In this document: piece after piece, positions 40,940 to 53,667 of the stretch
How the letters are laid out: each line of letters starts with the position of its first letter
Position numbering within the stretch: position 1 is the stretch's first letter
Assembly: GCF_006345805.1 (NCBI RefSeq)
Contig: NC_042999.1
Span: 102,238,001 to 102,302,000 of the forward strand
Length of the DNA stretch: 64,000 nt
Reading direction: 5' to 3'
From: Octopus sinensis
Taxonomy: Eukaryota
Translations under genes and position numbers: made by a program
The notes under the pieces: generated by a model
Database searches by the model: none
What the model saw: only the letters and a program-made list of their open reading frames with translations
Told to the model about the DNA's origin: nothing

Positions 40940-41158
40940 ACTATTTCTTTACTACCCACAAGGAGCTAAACACAGAGGGGACAAACAAGGACAGACAAAC
41001 GGATTAAGTCGATTACATCGACCCCAGTGCGCAACTGGTATTTAATTTATCGACCCCGAAAGGATGAAAGGTAAAGTCGACCTCGGCGGAATGTGAACTC
41101 AGAACGTAATGCCAGACGAAATACGGCTACGCATTTCGCCCGGTGTGCTAACGTTTCT
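40940..41158 (-). mobile_element. SINE family A
   Basis: Reverse-complement match to the long-tail variant at 6413. Confidence 0.9.
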
Positions 41159-41189
41159 GAACAACAGCAACGCTTCTTTCACTGACATG

Positions 41190-41451
41190 GATGCTAGATG
41201 GGGTCCATATGACCATTATGGGTCCATATTTGATTTTGTTGTTAAAATTTATAAACTGGTTATAATCCTACAATACACAAGATATTTTAACCATTATTTA
41301 TACAATTCCTGATATTATTTACTTATAAAAAGTATTCCTTTAAATGTTTCAGTCAGGATTTTTTAAACATCGTATATCTATGAGGATCCAACTGAGGAAA
41401 ATAGAAATCAAAGGGGTCCATAGGTAAATAAAAATTGGTTGGAAACCACTG
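41190..41451. mobile_element. Partial hAT MITE related to 32764
   Basis: Right TIR ggttggaaaccactg and ggggtccat subterminal motifs. Left end unclear. Confidence 0.65.
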
Positions 41452-42204
41452 CCATAAACGAACTTTATAATCTTTCACTTGATGATAAAGTTTCAAACTA
41501 GGCAGATGGTACTAGATTTCGAAAAACTGAGGGGAAAAGGACAGAGCTTCTCCTCTCCTGACACTCTAACTGTAGCTTCTAGAAAAACGGTCATTCACAG
41601 ATGATTCAGTGTTGAAACATCTAGACTAGAGAAACGTTAAAAATGAAAGAGCCCACTGCGATGTATGGCTGGATATCAGCCATATATTTACGGCAAGACA
41701 GCTTGGCCGATGCGAAGTCTTATTTAAGATGGAGGCTCTCGCACTACAGTAGTCATTAGTCGCCTTCTGTAGGAAGGGTTTCGTCCTCTCGTTATTTATT
41801 CGGGAAGATGAGTGGTAAAGATCAAAATAACGGGGGTCCCACCAGGTTTAGTTCTCTTGTGAGTCCTAAGATGGCTAGTAGTGGAGGGTAGCGATATTCT
41901 CCTGAATGTTAAGAAGACAAGGTGGGGGTACTAAATTTGGAGCACACTAGAGGTCCTTCTCTTGACAAGCTGGAGAATAACTCTGGCCTTATCTCCTTGA
42001 ATGGGACAGAACTGCAAGTAATTATGGAGGGCAGACGACAGAAATATCACGTCTGTGGAACAATTCATACCTGCGAATGTTCTACCCAAAGAACCAAAAC
42101 AGGAGAGGAGAAAAGGACAGCCAAATTGCTGCTACTAGAACAACAACAACAACAACAGCAGCAGCAGCAGCAGCAGCAACAACAACAACAACAACAACAA
42201 CAAC

Positions 42205-42269
<65 letters not shown>

Positions 42270-43117
42270 AACAACAAGAGTGCGAAACAACAGAAGCAGT
42301 ACCAACTGTAGCAGAAAAGAAAAAAAGGGGTGGTGGTGAAATAACACAATCTATACCAGCATCATCAGTAAGAGCAGCAACAACTGCAACATTGACAACA
42401 TCTACAATTGAGGCAGAAACTGTGGAAACAGTAACAGGACTAACACCAACAATATCAACATCAATTCCGTTCGCAGCAGAACTAAGATGGAAGAGTTTAT
42501 TGACAATAAAACAAATAGTCGCCACCCAAAGGATATCCGAAACCTATATTCACTCTTTCTTTGCCCCTGATCATCCTACATGCACAAACACAGACATACG
42601 CAGAAGAGAAAACATGGCCCTACATCTGTTCGAGGCACAGACGTCACCCCATACGTCATGTGATGAGGAGGAAGAGGAAAGGAACACAAAAGAAAAAAAG
42701 AAGAACCAAAAAGAAAAGAAAGAAAATACAAAACATCACCAACTCAACATCGACCTCAAACAACGTTAGATCTACAATAACAAATGCACCATCATCACCA
42801 CCACTTCCACTAGCAATAACAAAAGATATACAAACGAAACGACAATGGAAAACCAAATACACAAATTCAGCAACAAGTAGAACGATATCAGCATTAACTA
42901 AATGCACAACCTTGTCCACAATAACAGCAAATGGCACCCATATCTAACTTTGCGTCGGCAAGACACAATAATGAACTGCTCTCCTACAATGTACAAAGAG
43001 AAGGCACAGAGACAGAAAAGGGGGTGTTAAAAAACACAATCAATATCCCGGAAGACCTGAAACTAGACTACCAATAAAGTGTTACAGGGAAATGAAAGAG
43101 AGAGAGAGAGGAGAGAG

Positions 43118-43165
<48 letters not shown>

Positions 43166-43314
43166 TTTGGGAACCCAAGCGTTATGGCATCGAATAGTCT
43201 ACATTAGGGTTTCCTCAAAGAATCCATACAAAAGAGAGATTTTGACACCCGAGTGCCCACAGGAAAACCTTTAATATAGGTGACCTCGTTCTTTCCCCCT
43301 TTTCTCTAACCAAC

Positions 43315-44627
43315 ATGGGTACCTTAAGAGTGGGTAGCATAAATGCGCATGACCTAGGGTCGCCTGCTCAATGACTTCAGGGCGCTAGCTTTAGAGGCGG
43401 TAGCCATCAGAGATGAGAATTTTCAACAGATGATTTTGAAATTTTCGCATATCTTTCTTCATCTGGAATGTGGAGCGGTACTGATTCGGAAAGGCCTGGG
43501 CCTCGAGATACTGTCAATCTTTCTGGACACTGACATTAATTTGGTCATCCTGGTCATGAACAGTAGCGAAAAGTGGTGTCTTAGCATTAGTCGCTGCGTA
43601 TGCCCAGACTAGGGCGGAACAACAGTATTTCTTCAGGTATCTGAATGTTTTCCTAGGAACGTCCCACTCTTTAGGGTTAGGGTTAGTGGACGCCTGAAAC
43701 TCCATCTTGGATGCACGCCTGAATTGCAGGGTTATCTGATTAGAGTGTAAAAATCTCGCAAACTTGCTTAGTCATTTCCTACTGATTGGATTTTCCAAAT
43801 GTGCCAATGTGGTCATGGGAAAACAGCATCGGATCTATCCAGATAGAGTATTCTATAGCCCAGTAGATAAGAGTAGCATAGATTGTCCACAATTGAAAAC
43901 TGTTGGCTATACATACTACAAATCTTAGATAAGTTGCATAGACAAGGACAGATTACTGCAAACTGAATGCAACTTTCCCGGCGCTTACAGGGAACAGATT
44001 AGCTGATTAGTTAAGAAGATGATGGAGGGTGTTCTGCACGTACTCGTCTGGAGCATTGCGACTTGCGAATTTATGTGGAACACCTGCTGTGGTGTGTAGA
44101 ACGACTATCAGCTGAGTCCATTATGAAGATCGGCCCGCCATCTTCCTTTCGATGAGAAGGACAATGTTTATATGTCATGTAGCCTTAGGGAAAGAAGTTG
44201 TGTTGGACTAGACCGAAAGGTACCTTCGCCTTCGGCCAAGTTTTCATTAACTCTTTTGAAGTTCCATTTGGAAAGGAAAGTCAGAGTGGAGAAGGGAAGC
44301 ACTGCCTTCCAAATTAGTTGAAAGGTGGGTGACTGTAGTAAGAATGGTCCTAGTGTACGAGCCTGCTCTGCATTTGAAAGAGGACGATGAGACAAGGGCA
44401 CTTGCCTTAGTGGTCACGCCGACCGAGGTTATGTGGGATTTCTAAGAGCATCCTTTGGAAGTCTTCTCTTTTCGGGGGAATTCTTTCTTGTTCGAAATTT
44501 TCACTTCATTATTTTTCTTATTTTAGCACTTAAACACCTTTATGTAACCCTGTCACATCATATTGTATTGTATCTTCTTGTACCGCCTTTGGCCTTTGTA
44601 TAAACCCTAAGTGGGGAATAAAGAAAT
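43315..44627 (+). mobile_element. Internally deleted L1/Tx1-type LINE: APE endonuclease joined to the 3' end
   Basis: MGTLRVGSINA, AVLIRKG, LVAAYA, V.A*NSILD (GDWN-like), YPDRVF, YCKLN. 3' end has aataaa. Confidence 0.7.
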
Positions 44628-44666
44628 ACCCTCGTCCTAGTCGTTAGTATTATCATTATTATATGA

Positions 44667-44866
44667 GGCGGCGAGCTGGCAGAATCATTAGCAGGCCGGA
44701 CAAAATGCTGAGCGACTTTCCGTCCATCTTTATGTTCCGAGTTCAAACAACCGCCGAAATCGACTTTGGATTTCATGTTTCGGGGTAGATAAAATAAATA
44801 CCAGTTGAGCACCGGGTCGATGTAATCTACTTACCTACTCCCTGAAATTGCTGGCCTTGTACCAGA

Positions 44867-44868
<2 letters not shown>
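44667..44868 (+). mobile_element. SINE family A with (ATT)n tail
   Basis: ggcggcgagctggcagaatc head and core. Confidence 0.9.
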
Positions 44869-44933
<65 letters not shown>

Positions 44934-44934
44934 T

Positions 44935-45251
44935 CGTTTTCGTTTTCGTCTCCCTTTTCAAGCCTAGCCAGTCTCATGGGCCCGGTTTCCCGGTTTCTGT
45001 GGCGTATGTGTTCCCCCCAGCTGGACGGGACGCCAGTCCATCGCAGCGTTACTCAAGAAACAGGAAGAGAGGGTGAGAGAAAGTTGTGGCGAAAGAGTAC
45101 AACAGGGGTCGCCACCACCCCCTACTGGAGCCTCGAGGAGCTTTTAGGTGTTTTCGCTCAATAAACTCACACAAAGCCCGGTCTGGGAATCGAAACCGCG
45201 ATCCTCCGACCGCGAGTCCGCTGCCCTAACCACCGGGCCATTGCGCCTCCA
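44935..45251 (-). mobile_element. tRNA-derived SINE related to family C
   Basis: Minus head GGAGGCGCAATGGCCCGGTGGTTAG, B-box GGTTTCGATTCC. Shares the 3' block gatggactggcgtcccgtccag...gaaaccgggaaaccgg with 11093. Confidence 0.9.
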
Positions 45252-45315
<64 letters not shown>

Positions 45316-45325
45316 GTTATTGTTG

Positions 45326-45401
<76 letters not shown>

Positions 45402-45841
45402 GTGAGCGGGCAGAGCATGCCATCAAAGTGACACTGGGGTAAAATATACGAAGCCCAATATACCCATCATGACTACCCGTCTGATAAAGGTACACCAGGC
45501 ACATGCATCACAACCATATGTGCGCGACATGGTGATCTCATATCAAGATAAACAGCACATGACCTTGCAGGTGGGGCCCAGTTAGAATTTTCTTCAGGTT
45601 GAGTAGCCCATCCCGCTCAAACGGTCCCTGAATAAGGGTTGTTTAAGGATGTTGAAAGAACCACCCATGTTTCCAGAGGTGAACTATTCAAACCCCAAAG
45701 AATCCCTCTCAACACATGGCTATGATGCTCCCCCACTACTTCTGCTCGTGATCAGAGATGCACATATCGTCAGCCACTAAGGGACATGCTCAACTGGTTA
45801 AGGTCAAACAACTGACAAGCAAATCTGTGGTATTGAGCAGA

Positions 45842-45842
<1 letters not shown>
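45402..45842 (-). repeat. Dispersed repeat family D embedded in (ATT)n
   Basis: Highly similar to 62105-62503. (ATT)n on both sides. No tRNA boxes or ORF recognised; strand assignment tentative. Confidence 0.85.
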
Positions 45843-45907
<65 letters not shown>

Positions 45908-46601
45908 TATTATTATTATTATTATTATCTATGTGTCTTTATTAGTACTATTACTCTCGCCAGTTTACTTGATGCCAGTCCAACACAGTTCTTGTTTTTA
46001 TTTTGCATTTTGTCCTTGTACAGCTCTTAACGTCTTGGGCTCCTGTGATCAGTAAAAGGAACCATCATCATCATCATCATCTTCGTCATCCTCATCGTTG
46101 TCGCTGTCGTTGTCGTTGTTGTTGTTATTGTTTTCATGACCATTGCTTCTCGTCTGTCCGAAATCAAACGATAAATCGGCAATAAACGAAATATTATTTC
46201 GTGAATATTTATTTCTATAGAGACGCATTATTTGCTGCTAAAGAGAAGACGGGCATTAAATTTATATACATATACACAAATACTCAATTTCCTGTTTATA
46301 GATAAATGTATATTTCTATGTGCTAGCAAATATATTTCAAGTCATACTTGTTATTTGTGTTTGATTCCATATTTGTTTGTAATAAAGACATTGATTTCTT
46401 ATGACAGGCTACACGGCAAACGTTTGGGAAGTCGAAGAAGGGGAAAACGGAGAGAAGGAGCAGGAGGAGGCAAAAGAAGGGAAAGAAATAGAAGAGCAAG
46501 AGAAAAAGAAGGAGAGGAGGAGATGAAAAGGTGAAGGTGGAGAAGATGAATTTCAGTCGATCAAAATGACAGTCTTCAGTATGTTATTCCTCTCTCTCTC
46601 T

Positions 46602-46639
<38 letters not shown>

Positions 46640-46654
46640 CACACACACACACAC

Positions 46655-46689
<35 letters not shown>

Positions 46690-46711
46690 TATATATATAT
46701 ATATACATACA

Positions 46712-46761
<50 letters not shown>

Positions 46762-46831
46762 ATTATATATATATATATACATACATATATGTGTATATAT
46801 ATATATATAATATATATATACTATATATATA

Positions 46832-46888
<57 letters not shown>

Positions 46889-47367
46889 ATATTATATATA
46901 TATACATACATATATGTGTATATATATATATATATATATAATATCTGCCTTGAAGCGATGTAAAGTAAAACTGACCCCGGGGAAATGTGAACTTAGAATA
47001 TATATGCAGACAAATAAACACTGTAACTCAGCTTCTGTTCGGCACGCTAATTCTTCGTCTTTCAAGCGCACATCATAAAAACTTCGGTTATTTTGTTTAG
47101 GCACATAGTCGTTTATTTCAAGGAAGACAAATATGAGATTGTGAGCTTCGTTTACTTTCCGAGAGCATCGTCGACCCGAATCGCCAATAACTTATTTTTT
47201 ACTCTATGGCCTTCATAAAATAGAGCTAATCTAAATATTGGAATCATGCTCATATTCCAATATATATATATATATATACATATTTTCTTGTTTTTATTGG
47301 ATAGTATGGGAAGCATGTTTTTTTTTTATATATCAATATTATTATTATAATTTTATAGTTATGTATA

Positions 47368-47499
47368 TCCTCTGACGAGGCCTTTGGTTATTTAAACTGA
47401 CAAATATAATGTTTAATGGCTAGGACTATATTACAATGGCATCTATGGGCAATTTAAGTTGGATTGTCTCATGACCATAGGCTGAAACAGCTGTAAGGA
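47368..47499 (+). ncRNA. Type I hammerhead ribozyme, intact core, very long loop II
   Basis: TCCT-CTGACGA-GGCCTtTGGTTAT [about 80 nt] ATGACCAtAGGCT-GAAA-CAGCTG-TA/AGGA. Confidence 0.85.
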
Positions 47500-47671
47500 G
47501 CAGTTTATTTGTATTATTTTTATTTTATTATTAATTTACATATTGATGTATTTTTTTTTGTTCGATTTTCATGTTCCTATTTGTATAATTAATAAATAAT
47601 GTGAAATTGTAATATCCGTAAGTTGATGATCGAAATTAATATGTTCCTCCATTTTCTTATTTGTATTATGA

Positions 47672-48024
47672 ACGTTGCTCGGGTTTGTAAGGGAAATAAC
47701 TATAAAGCATTTTTAGAGAGTTATAGCCAAAATATAGCAAAAAAATGGAAAAAATGAGGGTAAATTTTTTTTGAGAGTTAAAAGGGTCGAGTTGCGTCCC
47801 CTAGACAGTCTGTGGTTTGTGTTTCTGATTCTCGACCCCATGTCGAATTTATCGATTTTTTTCAGAACTGGGGAACTTTTCAAAATTTTCGCTGCGTTAG
47901 TTTTGAATTATGACATTGGGCTATGAGTGTGTCAAGTTTCATCAGAATCGGTTGAAAGCCGTGGTCAGGGTGAGGGTACACACAGACACACACACAGACA
48001 AACTGCCGTTTATATATAGAGAGA
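47672..48024 (-). mobile_element. Non-autonomous Helitron
   Basis: Minus strand starts TCTCTCTATATATAAA, has a (GT/CTGT)n microsatellite, and ends at the truncated hairpin cccgagcaacg. Confidence 0.65.
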
Positions 48025-48247
48025 TTAACGGTAAAATATTTTTTACCTTCACCCATTCAATACAATAAATGATTTAATTGCATTGCAATTATAGGCATTT
48101 ATGTATATAGTATTTGGGTACCTTACCAGCAGTATATTGGATAACTGATATCCCATAGTGGGTTACTTTCATAACCCCTATCTTACTTGTACTATATATA
48201 TAATATATAATATATATATATATAATATATATATATATTATATATAT

Positions 48248-48280
<33 letters not shown>

Positions 48281-48393
48281 GAATGCGTGGAGAGTACAGC
48301 ATGAGAGGGTTATATACATTTATATAACACATTCTGATTGAATCTTCCATGCGTCAGCATGTACTTTCATGCGACATTGTAACTTTTGATTTA

Positions 48394-48488
48394 ATCCTTG
48401 GCCTGAAGAGTAGCCGGTGGTATACGCCTCGCATGGATTTTTACCACTTTTGACGTTCCGCCCATTATGAAACAAATGTAGCCTGGAT
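48394..48488 (+). ncRNA. Hammerhead ribozyme, intact core, weakened stem II
   Basis: ATCCttGGC-CTGAAGA-GTAG...TTAT-GAAA-CAAATG-TA/GCCtGGAT. Confidence 0.68.
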
Positions 48489-49057
48489 CTTACCTATTCC
48501 TTTCCGTAACTCTTGTATATAACTTTCAAACACATTTACCCAATGTACGACCGTATCAATAAATAAATTCTATAATTAAATTACAATCACTCCTAAATAC
48601 GTAACTAAATAAGGGTATTTATTCCAGACCCAAGAATTCTTGGTATATTTCATTGACGAAGGCAAAGTGGTTTTATGCAGAGCCAGAATCCCAGGGTCTG
48701 CAATTTTCCAATTTTCACTAGTTTATTTATCTATTTGTCATCTCACCTTGTGCTGTATTGAATACATGTGGTTTTAGAGTAAGGTTTTGATTGTTATTTC
48801 AAGCATGGTGATATCTCTTATATACCCTTATTTATACTTTTAATAATTATAACATATAAGGTCTTTTCTTCCCATGCTGCCACTTGATTTGATCGTTATT
48901 CAAATAGCAACCTTTTCTTTATATATATATATATATAGATGTATATATGTATATATATGTATATATATGTATATATATATATACATATATATATGTATAT
49001 ATATGTATATATATATATATATGCACATACATACATTCATACACACACATACATACA

Positions 49058-49193
<136 letters not shown>

Positions 49194-49968
49194 TATATAT
49201 TATATATATGTATATATATATCATGGACTGTCCCGTCGTTCGGCAATTTCATGCCGAACAACTATACAATTGATTTGTTTATAGTGATCAAATGTTTCCG
49301 TTCACATAAGTTGACTTCTTCCAGCAAATCGACATTATTAGTACAGGTGCATTGTGTAACACATGTCAGGTGACGAAATGATTGCAGAGCAGGGTGAAAT
49401 GATGTGCTTTGCTCAAGAACAAAACGCAACAGCTTGTTTGCGAATGTAAATAAGAAGAAAAAGAAAATGGTGACTGGAAAGTTAATAATTGTTCATTATT
49501 GACAGAAAATTAATCATCTTCACTTACAGCTGTTTCAATTAATATCCGGTAAATAATAGGTAAATATTTAATTTATATTTATATGACCTGAGGATAATAC
49601 CTTCAAAGGGAAAAAGTTATACCCTTGGATATTATATATGTGTTTATGGATTCATTATAGCAGCCTGAATGATACGGTTTATGATTTTTATTGTTATATT
49701 TGGGCAAGGGGGGTTACAGGTTGATTGAAGTAACTAGAATTAGAAGAATAAATGAATAAATTACATAGAGATGATAGATATAATTTAAATATGAATACGG
49801 TAAGTTTATAGTTAATAAAAGAATGGAATATTTGTTTATAAAGTATAAATAAAGTTATGAAAATTTGTATATACGTAAGTACGTACGTATACATATATAT
49901 GACCGCGTGTGTACCGTTGGCGATTTTTTTCCTTCGTCTTCCCTTCTCTGGATCTTTCCTTTTCCTAT

Positions 49969-50003
49969 GTTTCTGACGAAGAGCTCCGCTCGAAACGTTA
50001 AAC
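49969..50003 (+). ncRNA. 35-nt minimal hammerhead ribozyme, intact core
   Basis: GTTT-CTGACGA-a-GAGC tcc GCTC-GAAA-CG-TT/AAAC. Palindrome AACGTT. The unit ends in (TA)n at 50105. Confidence 0.88.
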
Positions 50004-50100
50004 CCTCCTTCTTCTCTTCCTTCCTGAGTGTCCAATAATACTATATTTGTTACACGTCCTCGCGTTCTTGTGTTTTCTCTTTGTGTTCTCATGTTTGGAT

Positions 50101-50197
<97 letters not shown>

Positions 50198-50238
50198 GAA
50201 AGAATGGAGTTGAACGACGAATTAACAAATTTCCTTTA

Positions 50239-50321
50239 TTCTCGACATATGTTTCGAAGGCTGCATATTCCTAATTTCGAAGGAATAAGGGGTGCATTAT
50301 GCCGCCTTCTCATCAGGAAAA
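50239..50321 (-). ncRNA. Type I hammerhead ribozyme, intact core
   Basis: TTTTC-CTGATGA-GAAGGCgGCATA...TATGCaGCCTTC-GAAA-CATATG-TC/GAGAA. Confidence 0.9.
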
Positions 50322-50874
50322 ACAAGGAACTTATGTCAGCATCAAGATGAACAAACACTTTTAGATGACTGCCCACACGGAGCCCATATCGATAATGTGT
50401 GTTTCTTTAAAATATTCCGTTATAAGCAGTGACGTCAAAAATGGTTGAATGTAGAAGATTCTAGAAGGTTCAAGGGTTCAAACAAGGTTGGAGGAGAGAG
50501 GTCTAAGAATAGGAAGGTGACAGGGTGCAAATCATATGAATGGTGATTTGTTGTTGTTTTCTTTTGTGATTGAGTGCCTAGGTGTGTGTATGTATATAAC
50601 TGCATTCATGTCTATGTGTGTGCGTGATTGTGTGTGTGGTTGGGTAGATGCCAAAAAAAACAGTGGTGAAGTGACAGGTTCGTGTCTGTGTGTTTGATTG
50701 TGCTTACGATAGAGAGAGGGAAAGAGAGAGAGGAGGGCGAGGTAGAGAGACAAAGGTAAAACATACCTCAATGGGTTGGGTAGTTGTCCTTTATGAGTAT
50801 AATAATTGACTATGGGGGTGATGTATAAATGGAACTAAATTATTAAAATTCAAGGAGGTTATCTATATTAATCA

Positions 50875-51342
50875 TCATTCATATGAGTGAAAGGTGTGTT
50901 TCTGCCAGTGCATGCACCTATAGGATTTTTCGACTATTGTATTAATTAAAGGGACTTTGGCGAACAATATATGGAAAAGTTCGGAATTACAGACGCCACA
51001 AAATTTTCTGCCCTTATCAAACGGAAAGGATACAGACAATATGGACCATTCCAGCTTGAAAGTTGTATTGCTATCCTTAAGACGCCAAACTAATTTACTT
51101 AGTCCTGTGCTTTGTTGTTTTCTCTTATCTCGGAAAGTTGAATAATGATTGGAGATTCTCTGGGCTAATTTAGAAGTAGTTGCCCCAATGTAGAAGAAGA
51201 CATCGGTACCGGAAGAAATTTTACACTGGTAAATGGAATTTCTAATTTTGGAATTGCTGGATAAGAACTTTAATCTGTTAGGGTTTACTTCCGAGACTAA
51301 GACGGAGTTTTTATTGTTATGATTGCTGTTAATATTATTGCT
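50875..51342 (-). pseudogene. Open 155-codon GIY-YIG endonuclease frame with no start codon (5'-truncated PLE ORF)
   Basis: Manual translation: NSIYQCKISSGTDVFFYIGATTSKLAQRISNHYSTFR...LVWRLK...FCGVCNSELFHILF...RCMHWQKHTFHSYE*. Absent from the ORF track. Confidence 0.9.
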
Positions 51343-51514
51343 ATATATATATTTATAAATAAGGATAATATCAATATTTAAATATCGATATTAACAAGTG
51401 GCCAGCATGGGAAAAAATACCGTACAAAGGTGATAATTTAACGTGGTTTTTAAAGTCAGGATTTTGACTGCTATTCCGGCATGGTGGTGTCTCTCAGACA
51501 CCCTTATTTTTAGT

Positions 51515-51571
<57 letters not shown>

Positions 51572-51612
51572 ATATACATACATATACACACACACACACA
51601 CACACGTACGCA

Positions 51613-52385
51613 CTAGCTGAATTACCCGGCGTTGCCCAGGTTACTGCTGTTCTTATTCAGATTAGTAAAGAATAAATATGAAGACATATTTTTCTCATAA
51701 TTACTTCAAAATATCTATATTTTATTTTAAAAAAACACTTTGTAACGATAATAGAATTTAGATCTGAAAATCTGTCAATCTTGAAGCACCTCAGGGTAAA
51801 CAATATTCATCGTGTAATCTTTTGTTGGTGTCCAAATGAATAAAGTGTTGCTGCTTCCAACACGTGAGCTGGCCGTGGGAGAAGCATGTAGTAGAGAGAT
51901 CAAGTCCAACAACGTTGAAGGATTGACCCTGAGATTTGTTAATTGAAATACCAAAACTTTGGAAACTGAAGCTTCTTAAATTCAAATGGAACATCTGTAG
52001 GTACGAGAAAACATTTTGAAATAAAGACATCTTCTTATTTGTGACTATGATTGTTGCCTGTAGGACATGGGGCTTCATGGAAGTAACATTTAAGGGAGTT
52101 CCATTACGCAGGTGAATGGGTCAATATTCTTAAGCAACATAATGGGAACATCCAGTTTTAGTGTCAAGTTATGCGGTGGCATCCCAATGATTTTAAATGT
52201 GTTCAGAAATTCAACAGAGTATTGAATAGCCTGATCTTCATCGACTGTTGTGTAAATTGGGGGGAAAGTCATTTCTGATGTATCTGTTAACTTTTGAAGA
52301 AGTTCATGATTGATTTTCTCAACCATTTCATTAGTTGGAGCCAGTATAGCTCTTTCACAATTTACGTCAGTGTAATTGACAATCA
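51613..52385 (-). mobile_element. Helitron 3' end with Pif1-family helicase pseudogene
   Basis: ERAILAPTN, EFLN....GMPPHNLTLK...PIMLL.NI, ISINKSQGQS...VGLDL...CFSHGQL. 3' hairpin cctgggcaacgccggg followed by CTAG then T. Confidence 0.95.
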
Positions 52386-52656
52386 CACATACACTGAGAC
52401 ACACACACATACACTGACATACACATACACTCTCACATACACTTACATATATATGCTAAAACAGACTCACAGACATACATTTTCGAAACGAACGCGCAAA
52501 CACACACGCACTCACAGACACATACACGTATACAAAATGTGTCGTCGTCGTGGTATAAAATATCCTTTACTATCTTGTACGTAACGAACGCACAAACACA
52601 CACAAACGCACAGACACATGCACGCTCATATACAAAATGGATTAGGATAATGGATA

Positions 52657-52792
52657 TGGTTAGGGTTAGGTTCAGGTTTAGGGTCAGGGTTAGGTTTTGG
52701 TTTAGGGTTAAGGTTAGGGTTTTGGTTAGGGGTAGGGTAAGGATAAGGGTGGGATTTAGGGTTAGGATTGAGGTTTTGGAATGGTTGAGGTT
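52657..52792 (+). repeat. Degenerate (TTAGGG)n-like array
   Basis: ggttagggttaggttcaggtttagggtcagggttagg...; 6-bp periodicity. Confidence 0.8.
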
Positions 52793-53667
52793 ACTTTTTC
52801 CCTGGGCGAATCAATGTCCTCTGAGTGAATTTGGTAGACAGAAATTTTGAGGAAACCCGTCGATCTATTTATGTGTGTATGTGTGTGTGTATGTGTGTGC
52901 TTGACGGCCGATGTTGTTTAGTTTACGTTCCTGGAATTTAAAGTTTCGGTAAAAGACACCGATAGAATAAGTACTAGAATTTAAAAGATATGTACTGGCG
53001 CCAGTCTGTTCAACTCAAACTCTTCAGGGCGGTGCTCCAGAATGGCCGTAGACCAATGACTGAAACATGTAAAGATAAAAGATAAGATAACACTGTACTG
53101 TTTTAGTAAGTACATCATGTCGCAGGAAAAGGTATTGCTTTGATCTCAATCTAAGGTAGCTGCTGAAAATATATGTATTGTTTCCCATAGAAATATGACA
53201 CAATCAATATTTTCGATCGCATATTGTGGATTTAAAAGGCTTATATCTCGTCTGTTTACTCCAGCATCATAAAAGATTAACATTCGAAATGTGTCTTTAT
53301 GTATATATGTATGTATGTATTTATGTATGATTGAATGAATGCATGATGCTTGTAGGTATGTATGTATGTACGTATGTACCTCTATGTATGAATGAATAGA
53401 TGAATGTATGTATGCATGTATGTATGCATGTATGTCTTTATGTATGTATGTATGTATGTATGTATGTCTTTATGTATGTAAGTATGTATGTATGTATGTA
53501 TGTTTGTATGTATGTATGTATGTATGTATGTATGTATGTATGTATGTATGTATTTATGTATGATTGAATGAATGCATTATGTATGTATGTATGTATGTAT
53601 GTATGTATGTACGTATGTACGTATGTACCCCTATGTATCAATGAATATATGAATGAATGTATGTATT

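Larger units (their letters stand above)
50194..51342 (-). mobile_element. 5'-truncated Penelope-like element between (TA)n tracts
   Basis: Diverged paralog of 29546-31085 with an open GIY-YIG frame and an HHR. Confidence 0.92.

Noticed and set aside
46545-46582. Minus-strand CTGAAGA..GTC/GAC..GAAA
   Set aside because: No stem I; compatible with chance.
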